64,000 nucleotides of DNA from Eubacteriales bacterium. GTDB taxonomy: Bacteria; Bacillota; Clostridia; Oscillospirales; CAG-272. The position numbers and the translations under genes are program-made. Positions 7,893 to 18,485 of the stretch are shown one piece after another. The notes beneath the pieces were generated by a model. It saw nothing but the letters and a program-made list of their open reading frames with translations, made no database searches and was not told where the DNA came from. The stretch spans positions 1,095 through 65,094 of the forward strand of contig JAZUQQ010000027.1 of assembly GCA_045605765.1 (NCBI GenBank), in the 5' to 3' direction. Position 1 is the first letter of the stretch; each line of letters opens with the position of its first letter.

Positions 7893-8972
7893 TTAAATAT
7901 ATCCCTTTTCGCAAAGGAGCTCTGCGATAAGGACTGCGCCGCCTGCCGCGCCGCGGAGAGTGTTGTGCGAAAGTCCGACGAACTTATAGTCGAACACGCT
8001 ATCCTCGCGCAGACGTCCAACGGTCACGCCCATTCCGCCATAAATATCGCGGTCGAGCTTTGCCTGAGGACGTGCGGGATCTTCAAAGTAGGTGATAAAC
8101 TGATCGGGTGCGCTCGGGAGCTCCTTTACAGGCGAACCGAAATCTACCCAAGCCCGCTTGATCTCGTCGATCGTCGGCTTATTTTCAAAGTTTACGAAAA
8201 CTGCCGCGGTATGTCCGTCGGTTACGGGAACTCTGATGCACTGAGTTGTGATCTGCGGTCCCTCCGAGGGAACGATCTCGCCGTCAACTACGCTTCCCCA
8301 GATACGGAGAGGCTCTTTTTCACTCTTTTCTTCCTCGCCGCCGATATAAGGAATGATGTTATCCATCATTTCGGGCCATTCGTTGAAGGTCTTACCTGCA
8401 CCCGATATTGCCTGATAAGTGGTAGCAACGACGAGTGTGGGTTTAAATTTCAGAAGAGGAGTGAGAGCGGGAACGTAGGACTGGATCGAGCAGTTGGGTT
8501 TTACCGCGATAAATCCCTTTTTCGTGCCAAGACGAGCTCTCTGAGCCTCGATAGCCTCGAGGTGAGATGCGTTGATCTCGGGAATTACCATAGGAACGTC
8601 GGGCGTCCAGCGGTTAGCTGAGTTATTGGAAACGACAGGGATCTCCGCCTTGGCGTAAGCCTCTTCGAGAGCCTTGATCTCTTCCTTTTTCATATCGACC
8701 GCACAGAATACGAAGTCAACGAGAGGCTTTACCTCGTCGATCTTCGACGCGTCCATAACGATCATCTTCTTATACTTTTCGGGCATAGCCGCCGTGAGCT
8801 TCCAACGCGATCCGACTGCATCTTCATAGGTCTTGCCTGCCGAGCGCGCAGATGCGACGAGCGCGGTAACCTCAAACCAAGGGTGATTTTCGAGAAGCGT
8901 TAAAAATCTCTGACCTACCATTCCGGTAGCACCGATAACACCGACCTTGTATGTCTTATGCTGATTTTGCAT
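7893..8972 (-). CDS. asd: aspartate-semialdehyde dehydrogenase
   Basis: VGVIGATGMVGQRF N-terminus, an active-site Cys region (KPNCSIQ) and typical length. Confidence 0.95.
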   Translation of the reverse strand: MQNQHKTYKVGVIGATGMVGQRFLTLLENHPWFEVTALVASARSAGKTYEDAVGSRWKLTAAMPEKYKKMIVMDASKIDEVKPLVDFVFCAVDMKKEEIKALEEAYAKAEIPVVSNNSANRWTPDVPMVIPEINASHLEAIEAQRARLGTKKGFIAVKPNCSIQSYVPALTPLLKFKPTLVVATTYQAISGAGKTFNEWPEMMDNIIPYIGGEEEKSEKEPLRIWGSVVDGEIVPSEGPQITTQCIRVPVTDGHTAAVFVNFENKPTIDEIKRAWVDFGSPVKELPSAPDQFITYFEDPARPQAKLDRDIYGGMGVTVGRLREDSVFDYKFVGLSHNTLRGAAGGAVLIAELLCEKGYI

Positions 8973-9194
8973 GATATTCTTCCTTTCTTATCATAGCATA
9001 TGAGTTAAAAACAGATTACCCTATATTATACACCGATATTTTGGATTTGTCAATAGAATAGGGCGTTTTATTTAAATACCGACAAATTCTTTTTTGTTTG
9101 TATGCGATTTTATAGTCATAAGTGCAAACATAAGTGTAAATTCTGAAAAAACAATATTTTTTATGATAACATTATTGTTTTTCCCCGATTTGTA

Positions 9195-9223
9195 TTGACG
9201 AAAGCACTTTTGTTGTATATAAT
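9195..9223 (+). promoter_or_regulatory. glnN promoter
   Basis: TTGACG (9195-9200), 17 nt, TATAAT (9218-9223). It lies inside the 5' end of the track ORF, which argues for the downstream GTG start. Confidence 0.6.
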
Positions 9224-9275
9224 AAGTAAACAAAAAGCGTTTTTAGCGCAAAACTTTGAAACGAGGCAAACAACA

Positions 9276-11360
9276 GTGGCAAATCTTAATTCGCTCTTCG
9301 GAAGCCGCGTCTTTAACGACTCGGTAATGAAGGAAAGACTCCCCAAGGAGACCTACATATCACTCAGAAATACGATATCCGAGGGTAAGGAACTTGATAT
9401 TTCGGTTGCGAACATCGTGGCAAACGCGATGAAGGACTGGGCTATCGACAACGGTGCAACGCACTACACGCACTGGTTCCAGCCAATGACAGGAATTACC
9501 GCCGAGAAGCACGATTCCTTTATGACCGTTCAAAGCGACGGCACGGTGCTCACCAAGTTCTCGGGCAAAAATCTCATTAAGGGCGAGTCGGATGCCTCGT
9601 CTTTCCCGTCCGGCGGACTTCGCGCGACCTTCGAGGCTCGCGGATACACCGCGTGGGACCCGACCTCTTACGCCTTCATAAAGGACGACACGCTCTGCAT
9701 TCCCACCGTATTCTGCTCTCACGGCGGAGAGGTTCTCGACAAAAAGACTCCTCTGCTCCGCTCTATCGAGGCGTTTTCGCATCAAGCGCTCCGCGTTATC
9801 AAGCTTCTTGGAGATAACGAATCCACAAGAATTACCCCGATGGTCGGTGCAGAGCAAGAATATTTCCTCGTTGACAAGGATATGTACGAAAAGCGCAGCG
9901 ACCTTATCTTCACAGGAAAGACCCTTTTCGGTGCTCGTCCTCCCAAAACACAGGAGCTTAACGACCAGTATTACGGAACCATCAGCCCCAAGGTGAAAAA
10001 TTATATGGCAGACCTCGACCGCGAGCTTTGGGCGCTCGGAGTCTACGCCAAGACCGAGCACAACGAGGCAGCTCCCGCACAGCACGAGCTTGCTCCCACA
10101 TATTCAAACGCAAACACAGCAACCGACCACAACCAGCTTATGATGGAGACTATGAAAACGGTCGCGCTCCGTCACGGATTCGTATGTCTGCTCGGAGAAA
10201 AGCCGTTCGACGGCATCAACGGAAGCGGAAAGCACAACAACTGGTCGGCATCGACGAACACCGGCACAGATCTCTTCAAACCGGGCAAGGAGCCTTACGA
10301 AAACACGCGTTTTCTTCTCTTCCTTGCTGCTATGATAAAAGCGGTTGACCAGTATCAGGATCTTCTGAGAATTTCGGTAGCGTCGGCGTCCAACGACCGC
10401 CGTCTTGGAGGTCACGAGGCTCCGCCCGCGATACTTTCTATCTTCCTCGGAGAAGAGCTTACCGATATAATAGACTCGATAATTACCGGTAAAAAGTACG
10501 GTGGAAGCAAGAAAATGAACATGGAAACCGGTGTAAACACCCTTCCCGAATTCGTTCGTGATAACACCGACAGAAACCGCACCTCTCCCTTTGCATTCAC
10601 GGGCAACAAGTTCGAATTCCGTATGCCGGGCGCATCGCAGTCGATAGCAGACCCTAACATCGTGCTCAATACGATAATGGCAGAGGCACTCTGTGAGTTT
10701 GCCGACAAGCTCGAAAAGAAGTCCGACGACATAGAAAACGCCGCTCGCCGTCTTATCAGGGACACCTTCAAAAAGCACCGCCGTATTCTCTTTAACGGTA
10801 ACGGCTACGCCGAGGAGTGGATAACGGAAGCCGAGGCGCGCGGTCTTTGCAATTATCGCACCACGGCAGACGCAGTCCCTCACCTTACAGATGCGAAAAA
10901 TGTGTCGCTCTTCGCGCGTCATCACGTTTACACCGAAGCCGAACTCATCTCGCGCCGCGAGATAATGTTCGGAGATTACGTTAAGGTAACACATATCGAG
11001 GCGTCGACGATGCTCGATATGGCAAAAAAAGAGATAATACCCGCTGCTCTGTCTTATATGAAGGAGATCTCGGAAATGGTTGTCAACTTCTGTGAGATCG
11101 GACTTGATGCATCGTCCTATAAGGCGCTTGCGAGTAAAATCTCGGAGAACACGGCAAATCTTTCGGCTTCTCTCGACGGGCTCACCTCTTGCCTTGAAAA
11201 GCTCGATTCGATCAAAGCGGTTTCCGAGCAGGCGGAGTTCTGCCGCGACGGAGTTCTCCCGAAGATGAACGAGATCAGATACTACGCCGACGAGCTAGAA
11301 ACACTCGTTGCAAAGAAATACTGGCCCTTCCCCACCTACGGCGAGATGCTGTTTGTTTAA
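9276..11360 (+). CDS. glnN: glutamine synthetase type III
   Basis: About 700 aa GSIII architecture (…THYTHWFQPMTG…, …NGSGKHNNWS…). GTG at 9276 is preceded by acgagg. The start is uncertain. Confidence 0.9.
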   Translation: MANLNSLFGSRVFNDSVMKERLPKETYISLRNTISEGKELDISVANIVANAMKDWAIDNGATHYTHWFQPMTGITAEKHDSFMTVQSDGTVLTKFSGKNLIKGESDASSFPSGGLRATFEARGYTAWDPTSYAFIKDDTLCIPTVFCSHGGEVLDKKTPLLRSIEAFSHQALRVIKLLGDNESTRITPMVGAEQEYFLVDKDMYEKRSDLIFTGKTLFGARPPKTQELNDQYYGTISPKVKNYMADLDRELWALGVYAKTEHNEAAPAQHELAPTYSNANTATDHNQLMMETMKTVALRHGFVCLLGEKPFDGINGSGKHNNWSASTNTGTDLFKPGKEPYENTRFLLFLAAMIKAVDQYQDLLRISVASASNDRRLGGHEAPPAILSIFLGEELTDIIDSIITGKKYGGSKKMNMETGVNTLPEFVRDNTDRNRTSPFAFTGNKFEFRMPGASQSIADPNIVLNTIMAEALCEFADKLEKKSDDIENAARRLIRDTFKKHRRILFNGNGYAEEWITEAEARGLCNYRTTADAVPHLTDAKNVSLFARHHVYTEAELISRREIMFGDYVKVTHIEASTMLDMAKKEIIPAALSYMKEISEMVVNFCEIGLDASSYKALASKISENTANLSASLDGLTSCLEKLDSIKAVSEQAEFCRDGVLPKMNEIRYYADELETLVAKKYWPFPTYGEMLFV

Positions 11361-11427
11361 CGGGACAGATAACCACCTGCTTTTTCTTATTTGAAGTTTA
11401 AAAAAAGAAGGAAATTTTCCTATAAAT

Positions 11428-11460
11428 AAATCCGACGGAATTCCGTCGGATTTTCGTTTT
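11428..11460. terminator. bidirectional intrinsic terminator after glnN
   Basis: tccgacgg-aatt-ccgtcgga flanked by A-run and T-run. Confidence 0.8.
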
Positions 11461-11721
11461 AAGCAGTTTTGATCAAGTTTTTTGAAGGTCACTGAAACTT
11501 CCCTTTTCACAACCAAAGATCCAACCGCGCGGTCAAGCCTTTCAACGTCATCCTTTTCCACCGTGAGAGAATGCCCGTATTATCAAAGAAAACATCCATT
11601 ACGATAAATAAAATAAACAGCCTATCAAATGCTATCTAACACCTGCTTTTTACTGCTTTTCCCGCCTCTGTCCGTTTTTATATTATGCCGTAAACAGGAG
11701 AAAACGTCAATACGCCATATT

Positions 11722-12705
11722 TTACTGTGCGCCTGTTGACGACGCGGCGATCGCCTGATTTTTATTTCCTTTATCCGCAAGACTTATGGAATTCTGCGAT
11801 AGCACCTCTGCCTCTCCCACAACGCAGCTCGCTCCGACTACCGAGCCGCTCGAAACTCCCGCACATCTGCCTATATGTGCGCCCGAGCAGATCACCGCAT
11901 CGCGCACGACCGCTCCCGCCTCAATTGTAACGCCGTCGAAAATAATGCTTCCGCTTATGTCGGCATCGGGTGAAATATTGCAGTTTTTACCGATGATGTT
12001 CTTACCCATCGAATAGCGCATATTGCATTCGAGATAGGAGGAAGGTGTTCCCATATCGCACCAATAGCTCTCGCTCCTCCAAGCCATCATCTTTTTGTTT
12101 TTTATTATTTTCGGGAAAACGTCGAGAGAAAAATCGAGCTTTTCTTTATCGGGAAGAGTGTCGATTATCTCGCGCGAGATAATATAAATACCGATATTAA
12201 CAAGCTTAGAGTCGCACTCACCCACCGTCGGCTTTTCGCAAAATCCGACTATTTTTCCGATTTTATCTGTAACGAGCACGCCAAATCTCGAGGTATCCTC
12301 GACCTCAGTGCAGGCGACAGTCAGATCGGCCGAGCTTGCATAGTGACTTTTTATCATATCGCAAAGATCACCCTCAAATACCGCGTCACCGCTTATGACG
12401 AGCAGATCACCGTCAACAAGCTTTGAGGCGTTTTTTACTCCCCCCGCACTTCCGAGCGGTCTGTCCTCGCTCGCATATTTGACGTCAACGTCGTAAACGC
12501 TCGGTCCAATACCCTTTTTCAGCTCGTCACCTAGATATCCTGTCGTAACTACCGCTTTTTTGATACCGCATCTGCTCACTTCACCGAGTATTTTTATTAC
12601 GTTGGGAACGTTATTTACAGGCAGAAGAGGCTTGGGTGTCTTTTCGGTGATCGGATAAAGACGGCTTCCCTTTCCTCCTGCCATAATTACTGCACTTAAT
12701 TTCAT
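11722..12705 (-). CDS. sugar-phosphate nucleotidyltransferase with C-terminal hexapeptide (LbH) domain
   Basis: N-terminal MAGGKGSRLYPITEKTPKPLLPV signature and a C-terminal left-handed-helix repeat region. Confidence 0.85.
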   Translation of the reverse strand: MKLSAVIMAGGKGSRLYPITEKTPKPLLPVNNVPNVIKILGEVSRCGIKKAVVTTGYLGDELKKGIGPSVYDVDVKYASEDRPLGSAGGVKNASKLVDGDLLVISGDAVFEGDLCDMIKSHYASSADLTVACTEVEDTSRFGVLVTDKIGKIVGFCEKPTVGECDSKLVNIGIYIISREIIDTLPDKEKLDFSLDVFPKIIKNKKMMAWRSESYWCDMGTPSSYLECNMRYSMGKNIIGKNCNISPDADISGSIIFDGVTIEAGAVVRDAVICSGAHIGRCAGVSSGSVVGASCVVGEAEVLSQNSISLADKGNKNQAIAASSTGAQ

Positions 12706-12837
12706 AAAACAAGTCCTTTCAAATGAAAATTATCAGTTTTATTTTTTCCGACATGTTTATGATTATTCCTCTTGAAAAAAAAGAGCTTTCGTGTTATACT
12801 TTCATAAAGTAATATATACGCGAAAGTTGATAATGAT

Positions 12838-13275
12838 ATGAAAAAAGTAGAAATATATACCGACGGCGCGTGCCGGGGTAATCCGGGTCCTGGAGGCTGG
12901 GGAGCTATCCTTGTTTATAACGAACACGAAAAGGTTCTGTGCGGCGGCGAAAAGGATACCACAAACAACCGCATGGAGCTTTTAGGCGCAATTTCGGCAT
13001 TCGAGGCTCTCAAAGAGCCCTGCGAGGTCTCCTTTTGCTCGGACTCCAAATACGTCATAGACGGTCTTTCAAAGGGCTGGGCGCAGTCGTGGAAAGCAAA
13101 GGGCTGGAAAAAGTCGGACGGCAAAGCCGCGCTCAACCCTGAGCTATGGGACAGGCTTCTCACTGCCATAGCCCCTCACGAGATAGAGTACGTATGGGTA
13201 AAGGGTCACGTCGGACATGAGTATAACGAGCGTTGCGACGCTCTCGCAACAACCGAGGCAGACAAGCTAAAATAA
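12838..13275 (+). CDS. rnhA: ribonuclease HI
   Basis: IYTDGACRGNPGPGGWG … TTNNRMEL … KGHVGHEYNERCD catalytic DEDD pattern. Confidence 0.95.
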   Translation: MKKVEIYTDGACRGNPGPGGWGAILVYNEHEKVLCGGEKDTTNNRMELLGAISAFEALKEPCEVSFCSDSKYVIDGLSKGWAQSWKAKGWKKSDGKAALNPELWDRLLTAIAPHEIEYVWVKGHVGHEYNERCDALATTEADKLK

Positions 13276-13427
13276 TATCAAATTCACAAGTTATATATTG
13301 ATTTATGCTTTTATATGTGGTATTATTAGTAAAAATAGGATTTTAAGTAAAAAAGATTATAAGACGCCTGTTTTTGGGCGTATAATTATAAAAAGCAGTT
13401 TCAAATGTACCTAGGGAGGAAAATCCA

Positions 13428-14447
13428 ATGGCAGAAAACTCAAAGAATATGCACCGTCACGGCACGGGCGGAATAATTTTTGCATCTATTCTTCTTATAT
13501 GTATTGCGCTCATATCTCTTATCATTACTTTCTCGGCGCTTTCAAGAGATGACGAGCCTGACCGAAAGCACCCCGATACAACACAAAATGACGAAAGCGA
13601 TGATGACGATAACGAAAACAACGATAATACCAACCCCGATAACGGAGAAGATGGTGGCGGATCCGACGAAGGAAACGATACTCCGAAAAACACGACCGTG
13701 GATAAGAAAAACGAGGCAGTTTACAGAGGCCCGCTTATCCAAATAAACGCAGACCATCCGTACAACCGCCCCGAGGAAGAAATTATTTCGCCCGCTCAAA
13801 TGGAAGCCCTTAGTCCCGGCGAGGTCCTTACTAAATACGACTTTATTAACATCGCAACCAGAAGTGACGGATACTTCAAGCCAAGAATCAGACGTTTTTT
13901 CCTCAACTCTGATGCAGCAGATGCGTTCTATGCAATGATGAAGGCGTACAACGAAGAAACGGGCATCTCGTATATTCAGCTGACCTACGCTTACGTCAAC
14001 GAGGGTCTTTACAGTATCAAATCCACAGGATTGTCGGTAGATATTAACATCTACGACAACGGGAAAAATTATCCTCTTAAAAATTTTTATCCGCAGTACC
14101 CGACAGCCCAGCACTACGGTTGGTTCGTCAGCAACTGCCACAAATACGGCTTCATTCACGTTCAGGACACAAGCTCTTACTCGACGTTCAGATATATCGG
14201 CGTTCCTCACGCGACGTATATGAAAAATAACAATCTTTCCTTTGATTCTTACCTCGAGCTTGTCAGAACAAAGACGGCAGACGACAGACTCGTTATGACC
14301 GATGCAAACGGCAACGAGTGGTGGGTATATTACGTTAAGGCGTCCGAAGGAGATACCACGAGCATCAAGATCTTCGGAAATAAATACTCTATTTCGGGAG
14401 ACAACTCGGGCGGATTTATCGTAGCGATAGATACGTCGGGAATATAA
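13428..14447 (+). CDS. membrane-anchored VanY/M15B-like D,D-carboxypeptidase homolog (metal-ligand His residues not evident)
   Basis: N-terminal TM segment, acidic low-complexity linker, and a C-terminal domain resembling VanY (…STGLSVDI…YGFIHV…FRYIGVPHA…). Confidence 0.7.
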   Translation: MAENSKNMHRHGTGGIIFASILLICIALISLIITFSALSRDDEPDRKHPDTTQNDESDDDDNENNDNTNPDNGEDGGGSDEGNDTPKNTTVDKKNEAVYRGPLIQINADHPYNRPEEEIISPAQMEALSPGEVLTKYDFINIATRSDGYFKPRIRRFFLNSDAADAFYAMMKAYNEETGISYIQLTYAYVNEGLYSIKSTGLSVDINIYDNGKNYPLKNFYPQYPTAQHYGWFVSNCHKYGFIHVQDTSSYSTFRYIGVPHATYMKNNNLSFDSYLELVRTKTADDRLVMTDANGNEWWVYYVKASEGDTTSIKIFGNKYSISGDNSGGFIVAIDTSGI

Positions 14448-14451
14448 AACA

Positions 14452-14494
14452 GAAAATACCTATGAAACACAAACGTGTATCATAGGTATTTTTT
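14452..14494. terminator. bidirectional intrinsic terminator
   Basis: aatacctatga … tcataggtatt stem followed by tttt, between convergent genes. Confidence 0.8.
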
Positions 14495-14509
14495 AATCTT
14501 TACTAAAAT

Positions 14510-15889
14510 TTAATCCTTGTTAAATATCTTTAACGCATCAAATATTCCGCCCACACCGATAATCTCGACCTCATTCGGCAGCTTCGAGCTATCAAATCTC
14601 GCAAGGTCTTTTTTGGGCAGAATTATCTTAGTAAACCCAAGACGAACCGCCTCGTTTATTCTTATCTCGGGTGCGGAAACCGAGCGGCATTCTCCTGCAA
14701 GTCCGACCTCGCCAAAGGCGATAAGCTCGTCGGGAACGGGGATATCCTTCATGCTCGAAAGCAGAGAAAGAGCAATCGCCATATCTGCGGCAGGCTCGTC
14801 CAGACGAAGTCCACCGATGACGTTGAGATATGCGTCACAGGACGAGAAACGCAGTCCGAGACGCTTTTCAAGCACGGCGAGTATGAGGTGCATTCTGTTG
14901 TAATCTATACCGTTTGACGTTCTTCTCGGCGAGGAAAGAAAACTGTTTGATGTGAGTGCCTGAATCTCGGTTATCATCGGACGGCTGCCCTCCATAACGC
15001 AGACCGCGCAGTTGCCCGAGATATTTCGCGGACGTCCCGCAAGGAGCATTTCGGACGGATTTTCGACCTCGCGGAGTCCCTCGCCCGTCATTTCAAAAAC
15101 TCCTATCTCATTAGTCGAGCCATAGCGATTCTTCGATGCTCTTATAACTCTGAAAAGCTGTTGCCTGTCACCCTCGAAGGAAAGGACAGCATCAACCATA
15201 TGTTCAAGCACCTTGGGTCCTGCAATGCTTCCCTCTTTGTTCACGTGACCCACCATAAGCACGGCAATCCCCTTGGTTTTTGCAAGAGAGATAAACCTCG
15301 CTGCGCACTCCTTGACCTGGGTAATGCTTCCCGCAGAAGCGGTCACCGAATCTGCGTACATTGTCTGTATCGAGTCAACGACAACGAAATCGGGCGAGAT
15401 ATTTTCACACTCGTAAATTACTTTGTCAAGCGAGGTCTCGGTCATAATATAGAACATATCTCCCGAAACACCAAGACGCTTCGCGCGGTATTTTAGCTGT
15501 CCTGAAGACTCCTCTCCCGAAACGTAAAGTACCTTTTTGCTTTGTCCGAGAACGCCGCAGATCTGCATAAGCAAAGTCGATTTACCGATGCCAGGCTCGC
15601 CCGCGATAAGCACCGCAGAGCCGTCAACGATACCGCCGCCCAGAACTCTGTCAAGCTCTCTCATTCCGGTCAGCGCGCGCATATATTCGGGCATTTCGAG
15701 CTCAGAGAACTTGACTGCCCTGCTTTCTCCCATAACCACCTGTGCGCTTCTGTGAGATGCGGCAGGTGCGCTCTGAGTCACGTGTTCCTCAAGTGTATTC
15801 CATTCTCCACAGGACGGACATCTGCCCATCCATTTTGCGCTTCTGTATCCGCACTCTGAGCATTCGTAGTAAGATTTTCCCTGTTTCAT
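14510..15889 (-). CDS. radA: DNA repair protein RadA/Sms
   Basis: Zinc finger CSECGYRSAKWMGRCPSCGEWNT, Walker A GEPGIGKST, KNRYG motif and a Lon-like C-terminus. The start was moved to ATG 15889 because the track ORF N-terminus overlaps cwlD. Confidence 0.95.
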   Translation of the reverse strand: MKQGKSYYECSECGYRSAKWMGRCPSCGEWNTLEEHVTQSAPAASHRSAQVVMGESRAVKFSELEMPEYMRALTGMRELDRVLGGGIVDGSAVLIAGEPGIGKSTLLMQICGVLGQSKKVLYVSGEESSGQLKYRAKRLGVSGDMFYIMTETSLDKVIYECENISPDFVVVDSIQTMYADSVTASAGSITQVKECAARFISLAKTKGIAVLMVGHVNKEGSIAGPKVLEHMVDAVLSFEGDRQQLFRVIRASKNRYGSTNEIGVFEMTGEGLREVENPSEMLLAGRPRNISGNCAVCVMEGSRPMITEIQALTSNSFLSSPRRTSNGIDYNRMHLILAVLEKRLGLRFSSCDAYLNVIGGLRLDEPAADMAIALSLLSSMKDIPVPDELIAFGEVGLAGECRSVSAPEIRINEAVRLGFTKIILPKKDLARFDSSKLPNEVEIIGVGGIFDALKIFNKD

Positions 15890-15914
15890 ATCTTGAAAGT
15901 CCTTTTCTTTAATT

Positions 15915-16688
15915 TCAGCCTTTTTCCTGTGGTGCCGACGAGAGATAGTCGTCGATCGCCATAAACAGCATCGTTGCAAGGTCTCGCCTGTACTCTTTAT
16001 CGCAAAGCTTTTGGGTCTCAGCGGCGTTCGACAGAAATCCGCACTCGACGAGCACCGCAGGAACGACCGCCTTGTCAAGAACATATATCTTATAATCGGC
16101 TTTCTTTATTTTCCTGTTATTATCGTTTTGAAGCAGATCTTTAGCAAAGCTTTGTATATTATCGGCAAGCTGTTGACCGCCCTCAACATTTGCCGAATAG
16201 TAAACTTGAAGTCCGCTGTATCTTTCACTGGCAAATTTATTCATATGAATACTGACAAATATACAGTTTTCATATTCCTTCGTGATATCCACCCGTCTGA
16301 AAGTATCCTGCGCTTTTTTCGAAAGCGTCGAATTTTCATCGTAATACATACTGTCGTCCACTCGCGTCATAACAACATTATACCCCTTGAACACGAGCAT
16401 ATCGCGGAGCATAAGCGCAATATCGAGATTAAGCTCCTTTTCGAGAACTCCACCGATACCGACCGCTCCTCCGTCCGCTCCTCCGTGACCGGGATCGAGC
16501 ACGATGGTCAACCTGTCGTTTTTGGCATCGCTATTGACATCGACGATATTTTCTGATAAAATGTTTTGTGAAGTACTACCCGAAAATCCGCTTACAAAAG
16601 CCGCGGCAACGAGGATAAAAGCCGCACACAAAACCAAGGACAGTGCATCCTTTAAACCAAAAAATTCGCGTATCTTTTCACTTTTCAT
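15915..16688 (-). CDS. cwlD: N-acetylmuramoyl-L-alanine amidase (Amidase_3; CwlD-like)
   Basis: IVLDPGHGGADGGAVG … SIHMN motifs, N-terminal TM segment and a sporulation-gene context. Confidence 0.8.
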   Translation of the reverse strand: MKSEKIREFFGLKDALSLVLCAAFILVAAAFVSGFSGSTSQNILSENIVDVNSDAKNDRLTIVLDPGHGGADGGAVGIGGVLEKELNLDIALMLRDMLVFKGYNVVMTRVDDSMYYDENSTLSKKAQDTFRRVDITKEYENCIFVSIHMNKFASERYSGLQVYYSANVEGGQQLADNIQSFAKDLLQNDNNRKIKKADYKIYVLDKAVVPAVLVECGFLSNAAETQKLCDKEYRRDLATMLFMAIDDYLSSAPQEKG

Positions 16689-16782
16689 ATACAAATCACC
16701 CGCCTGAAACATAGATGCGTTTTTACATATATATGCTTTGGCGGGTGCAAAAAGTAGAGTTTTTTATGTTTTTTGTAAGTTT

Positions 16783-17373
16783 TCAGTCCTTCTTCTTGGG
16801 TACGGATATCTTGGGCGCATATCTGTCCTCTTTTTTCTTGGGCTTCTTTATACCGTGACAGTATTTTACGCCGAGGATATAGGCAAGTGTGCACACAATA
16901 ATTCCGGGAATAGGAGTTAACAGGTTTGCGTAGCTTGCGTCCATAATGAGAGTAAGGATAGCAACGTACATTCCTTGAACGAACTTCGCAATAGCGTTAA
17001 CGACTCCGTAAAGCTGACCTGCCCAAAGCGCTCCGCTTATATCAAACACGGTTTTTCCAATAAAGCTGAGAATGCCAAGAAGTATATTGAGAGAGTTCGC
17101 CGCAAGCGCGAGCCAAAAGCCTGTGAGCGGCTTGTACTTACGTTTTCCCGCCTCTATTCTGATACCGTCCTTCTGACCAAGCTCATACACTAGCGTGTAT
17201 ATCAGATACAGATAAAAGATCGCCGAGAAAATACCTGCCCCGAGAAATAGCGGTGATCTTGGATTGCTCTCCGAATAGGTTGCCATTGATACCACAAGTC
17301 CAAAAAGCGTAAGTCCAAATTGATAAAGGCAAAGTCTTACGACCTGATAGCCATGTTTTCTGTAAAGATCCAT
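16783..17373 (-). CDS. integral membrane protein, unknown function
   Basis: 196-aa ORF with about 5 hydrophobic segments. No family recognised. Confidence 0.65.
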   Translation of the reverse strand: MDLYRKHGYQVVRLCLYQFGLTLFGLVVSMATYSESNPRSPLFLGAGIFSAIFYLYLIYTLVYELGQKDGIRIEAGKRKYKPLTGFWLALAANSLNILLGILSFIGKTVFDISGALWAGQLYGVVNAIAKFVQGMYVAILTLIMDASYANLLTPIPGIIVCTLAYILGVKYCHGIKKPKKKEDRYAPKISVPKKKD

Positions 17374-17489
17374 AAAGTTCTCCTAGGTAAGATTTAGCTA
17401 TGTTTATTTTAACACACAAATATGAACAAAGAAACAATTATATAATAATTATTATTAAGTAAATTATACCCCAAGGGAGAAAAACTCTT

Positions 17490-18485
17490 ATGATAAATAT
17501 TCCGAATGTTATAACGCAGTTTTCAGCATATAAACAGCTTATACAAAACCGTTCGCCCAAAACGGTAGAGCAGTACGAAATAGACCTCACCCTTTTTCTT
17601 AAATACGTCAAGGCTATGCAACACGGAGTGCGTGAGAGTGACGTCGAGGCTGTCGACAAGACCGACATTTCGGATGTTGATGTAAATTTTCTCTCAGGGA
17701 TAACTCCCGATATGATAATGAATTTTCTTATGTACGCCGCTCGCAGACGCGGCAACAAATCGTCTGTCACCGCGCGTAAGCTCTCGGCAATACGCAGCTT
17801 TTTCAGATATTATACGGTAACAAAACGCCTTCTAAGCGACAATCCCGCAAAGGATATAGACTCTCCTGCCGTAAAACGCGCTCTGCCCAAATATCTTACC
17901 GTGGATGAAAGTATTGCACTTCTCTCGGCTATTGAGAACGATGTTGACTCCAAATTCAGGGAACGCGATTTTGCCATAGTCACCCTCTTTCTAAACTGCG
18001 GAATGCGTCTTTCCGAGCTTGTAGGAATCTCCTTTTCAGACATCGACCCCGATATGCGCTCGCTGAAAGTTACTGGTAAAGGAAGTAAAAACAGAATAGT
18101 TTATCTGAACGAAGCCTGCAAAAGCGCGCTTAAAAACTATATTGCCGTAAGAGGAAGGGTCGAGGTGCACGATAAAAACGCTCTCTTTATCAGCCGTCTA
18201 GGAACGCGTATATCGAACAAAACAGTCCAGTGGATGGTCGAAAAATATTTGAAGCGCGCAGGGCTTGAATACCGAAACTTCTCGGTGCATAAGCTCCGCC
18301 ATACCGCCGCCACGCTTATGTATCAGAGCGGTCAGGTCGATATCCGAGTACTAAAAGACATTCTCGGTCACGAGCAGCTCAATACCACACAGATATACAC
18401 GCATATCAGCAATACTCAGATGGAGCAGGCGATGAGCGCAAATCCTCTTTCTGATATAACGCTTAAAAACAAGACCGAGGAGTAA
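17490..18485 (+). CDS. tyrosine recombinase XerC/XerD family
   Basis: C-terminal catalytic signature HKLRHTAATLMY … LGHEQLNTTQIYTH. Confidence 0.9.
   Translation: MINIPNVITQFSAYKQLIQNRSPKTVEQYEIDLTLFLKYVKAMQHGVRESDVEAVDKTDISDVDVNFLSGITPDMIMNFLMYAARRRGNKSSVTARKLSAIRSFFRYYTVTKRLLSDNPAKDIDSPAVKRALPKYLTVDESIALLSAIENDVDSKFRERDFAIVTLFLNCGMRLSELVGISFSDIDPDMRSLKVTGKGSKNRIVYLNEACKSALKNYIAVRGRVEVHDKNALFISRLGTRISNKTVQWMVEKYLKRAGLEYRNFSVHKLRHTAATLMYQSGQVDIRVLKDILGHEQLNTTQIYTHISNTQMEQAMSANPLSDITLKNKTEE

Noticed and set aside
9120-9190. TnrA/GlnR-type box upstream of glnN (tgtaaattctgaaaaaaca)
   Set aside because: The spacing between the TGTNA and TNACA half-sites is 9 nt, not the 7 nt of the remembered consensus. 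It is not supportable without a matrix scan.
9195-9275. Upstream TTG start for glnN
   Set aside because: A TTGACG-17-TATAAT promoter lies within this segment. The GTG at 9276 is preceded by an SD-like acgagg.
9360-10994. Minus-strand ORFs antisense to glnN (241 aa and 296 aa)
   Set aside because: They are antisense shadow ORFs with no SD and implausible composition.
11295-11720. 88-aa minus-strand ORF, plus a possible minus-strand transcript from a TTGACG-17-CATAAT promoter-like sequence (11683-11711), with repeated aaagcaggtg segments at 11375 and 11640
   Set aside because: The ORF overlaps the glnN 3' end and runs through the bidirectional terminator. The promoter-like sequence abuts the stop of the upstream gene. 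The repeats are short (about 13 nt). The evidence is too thin to call an RNA gene.
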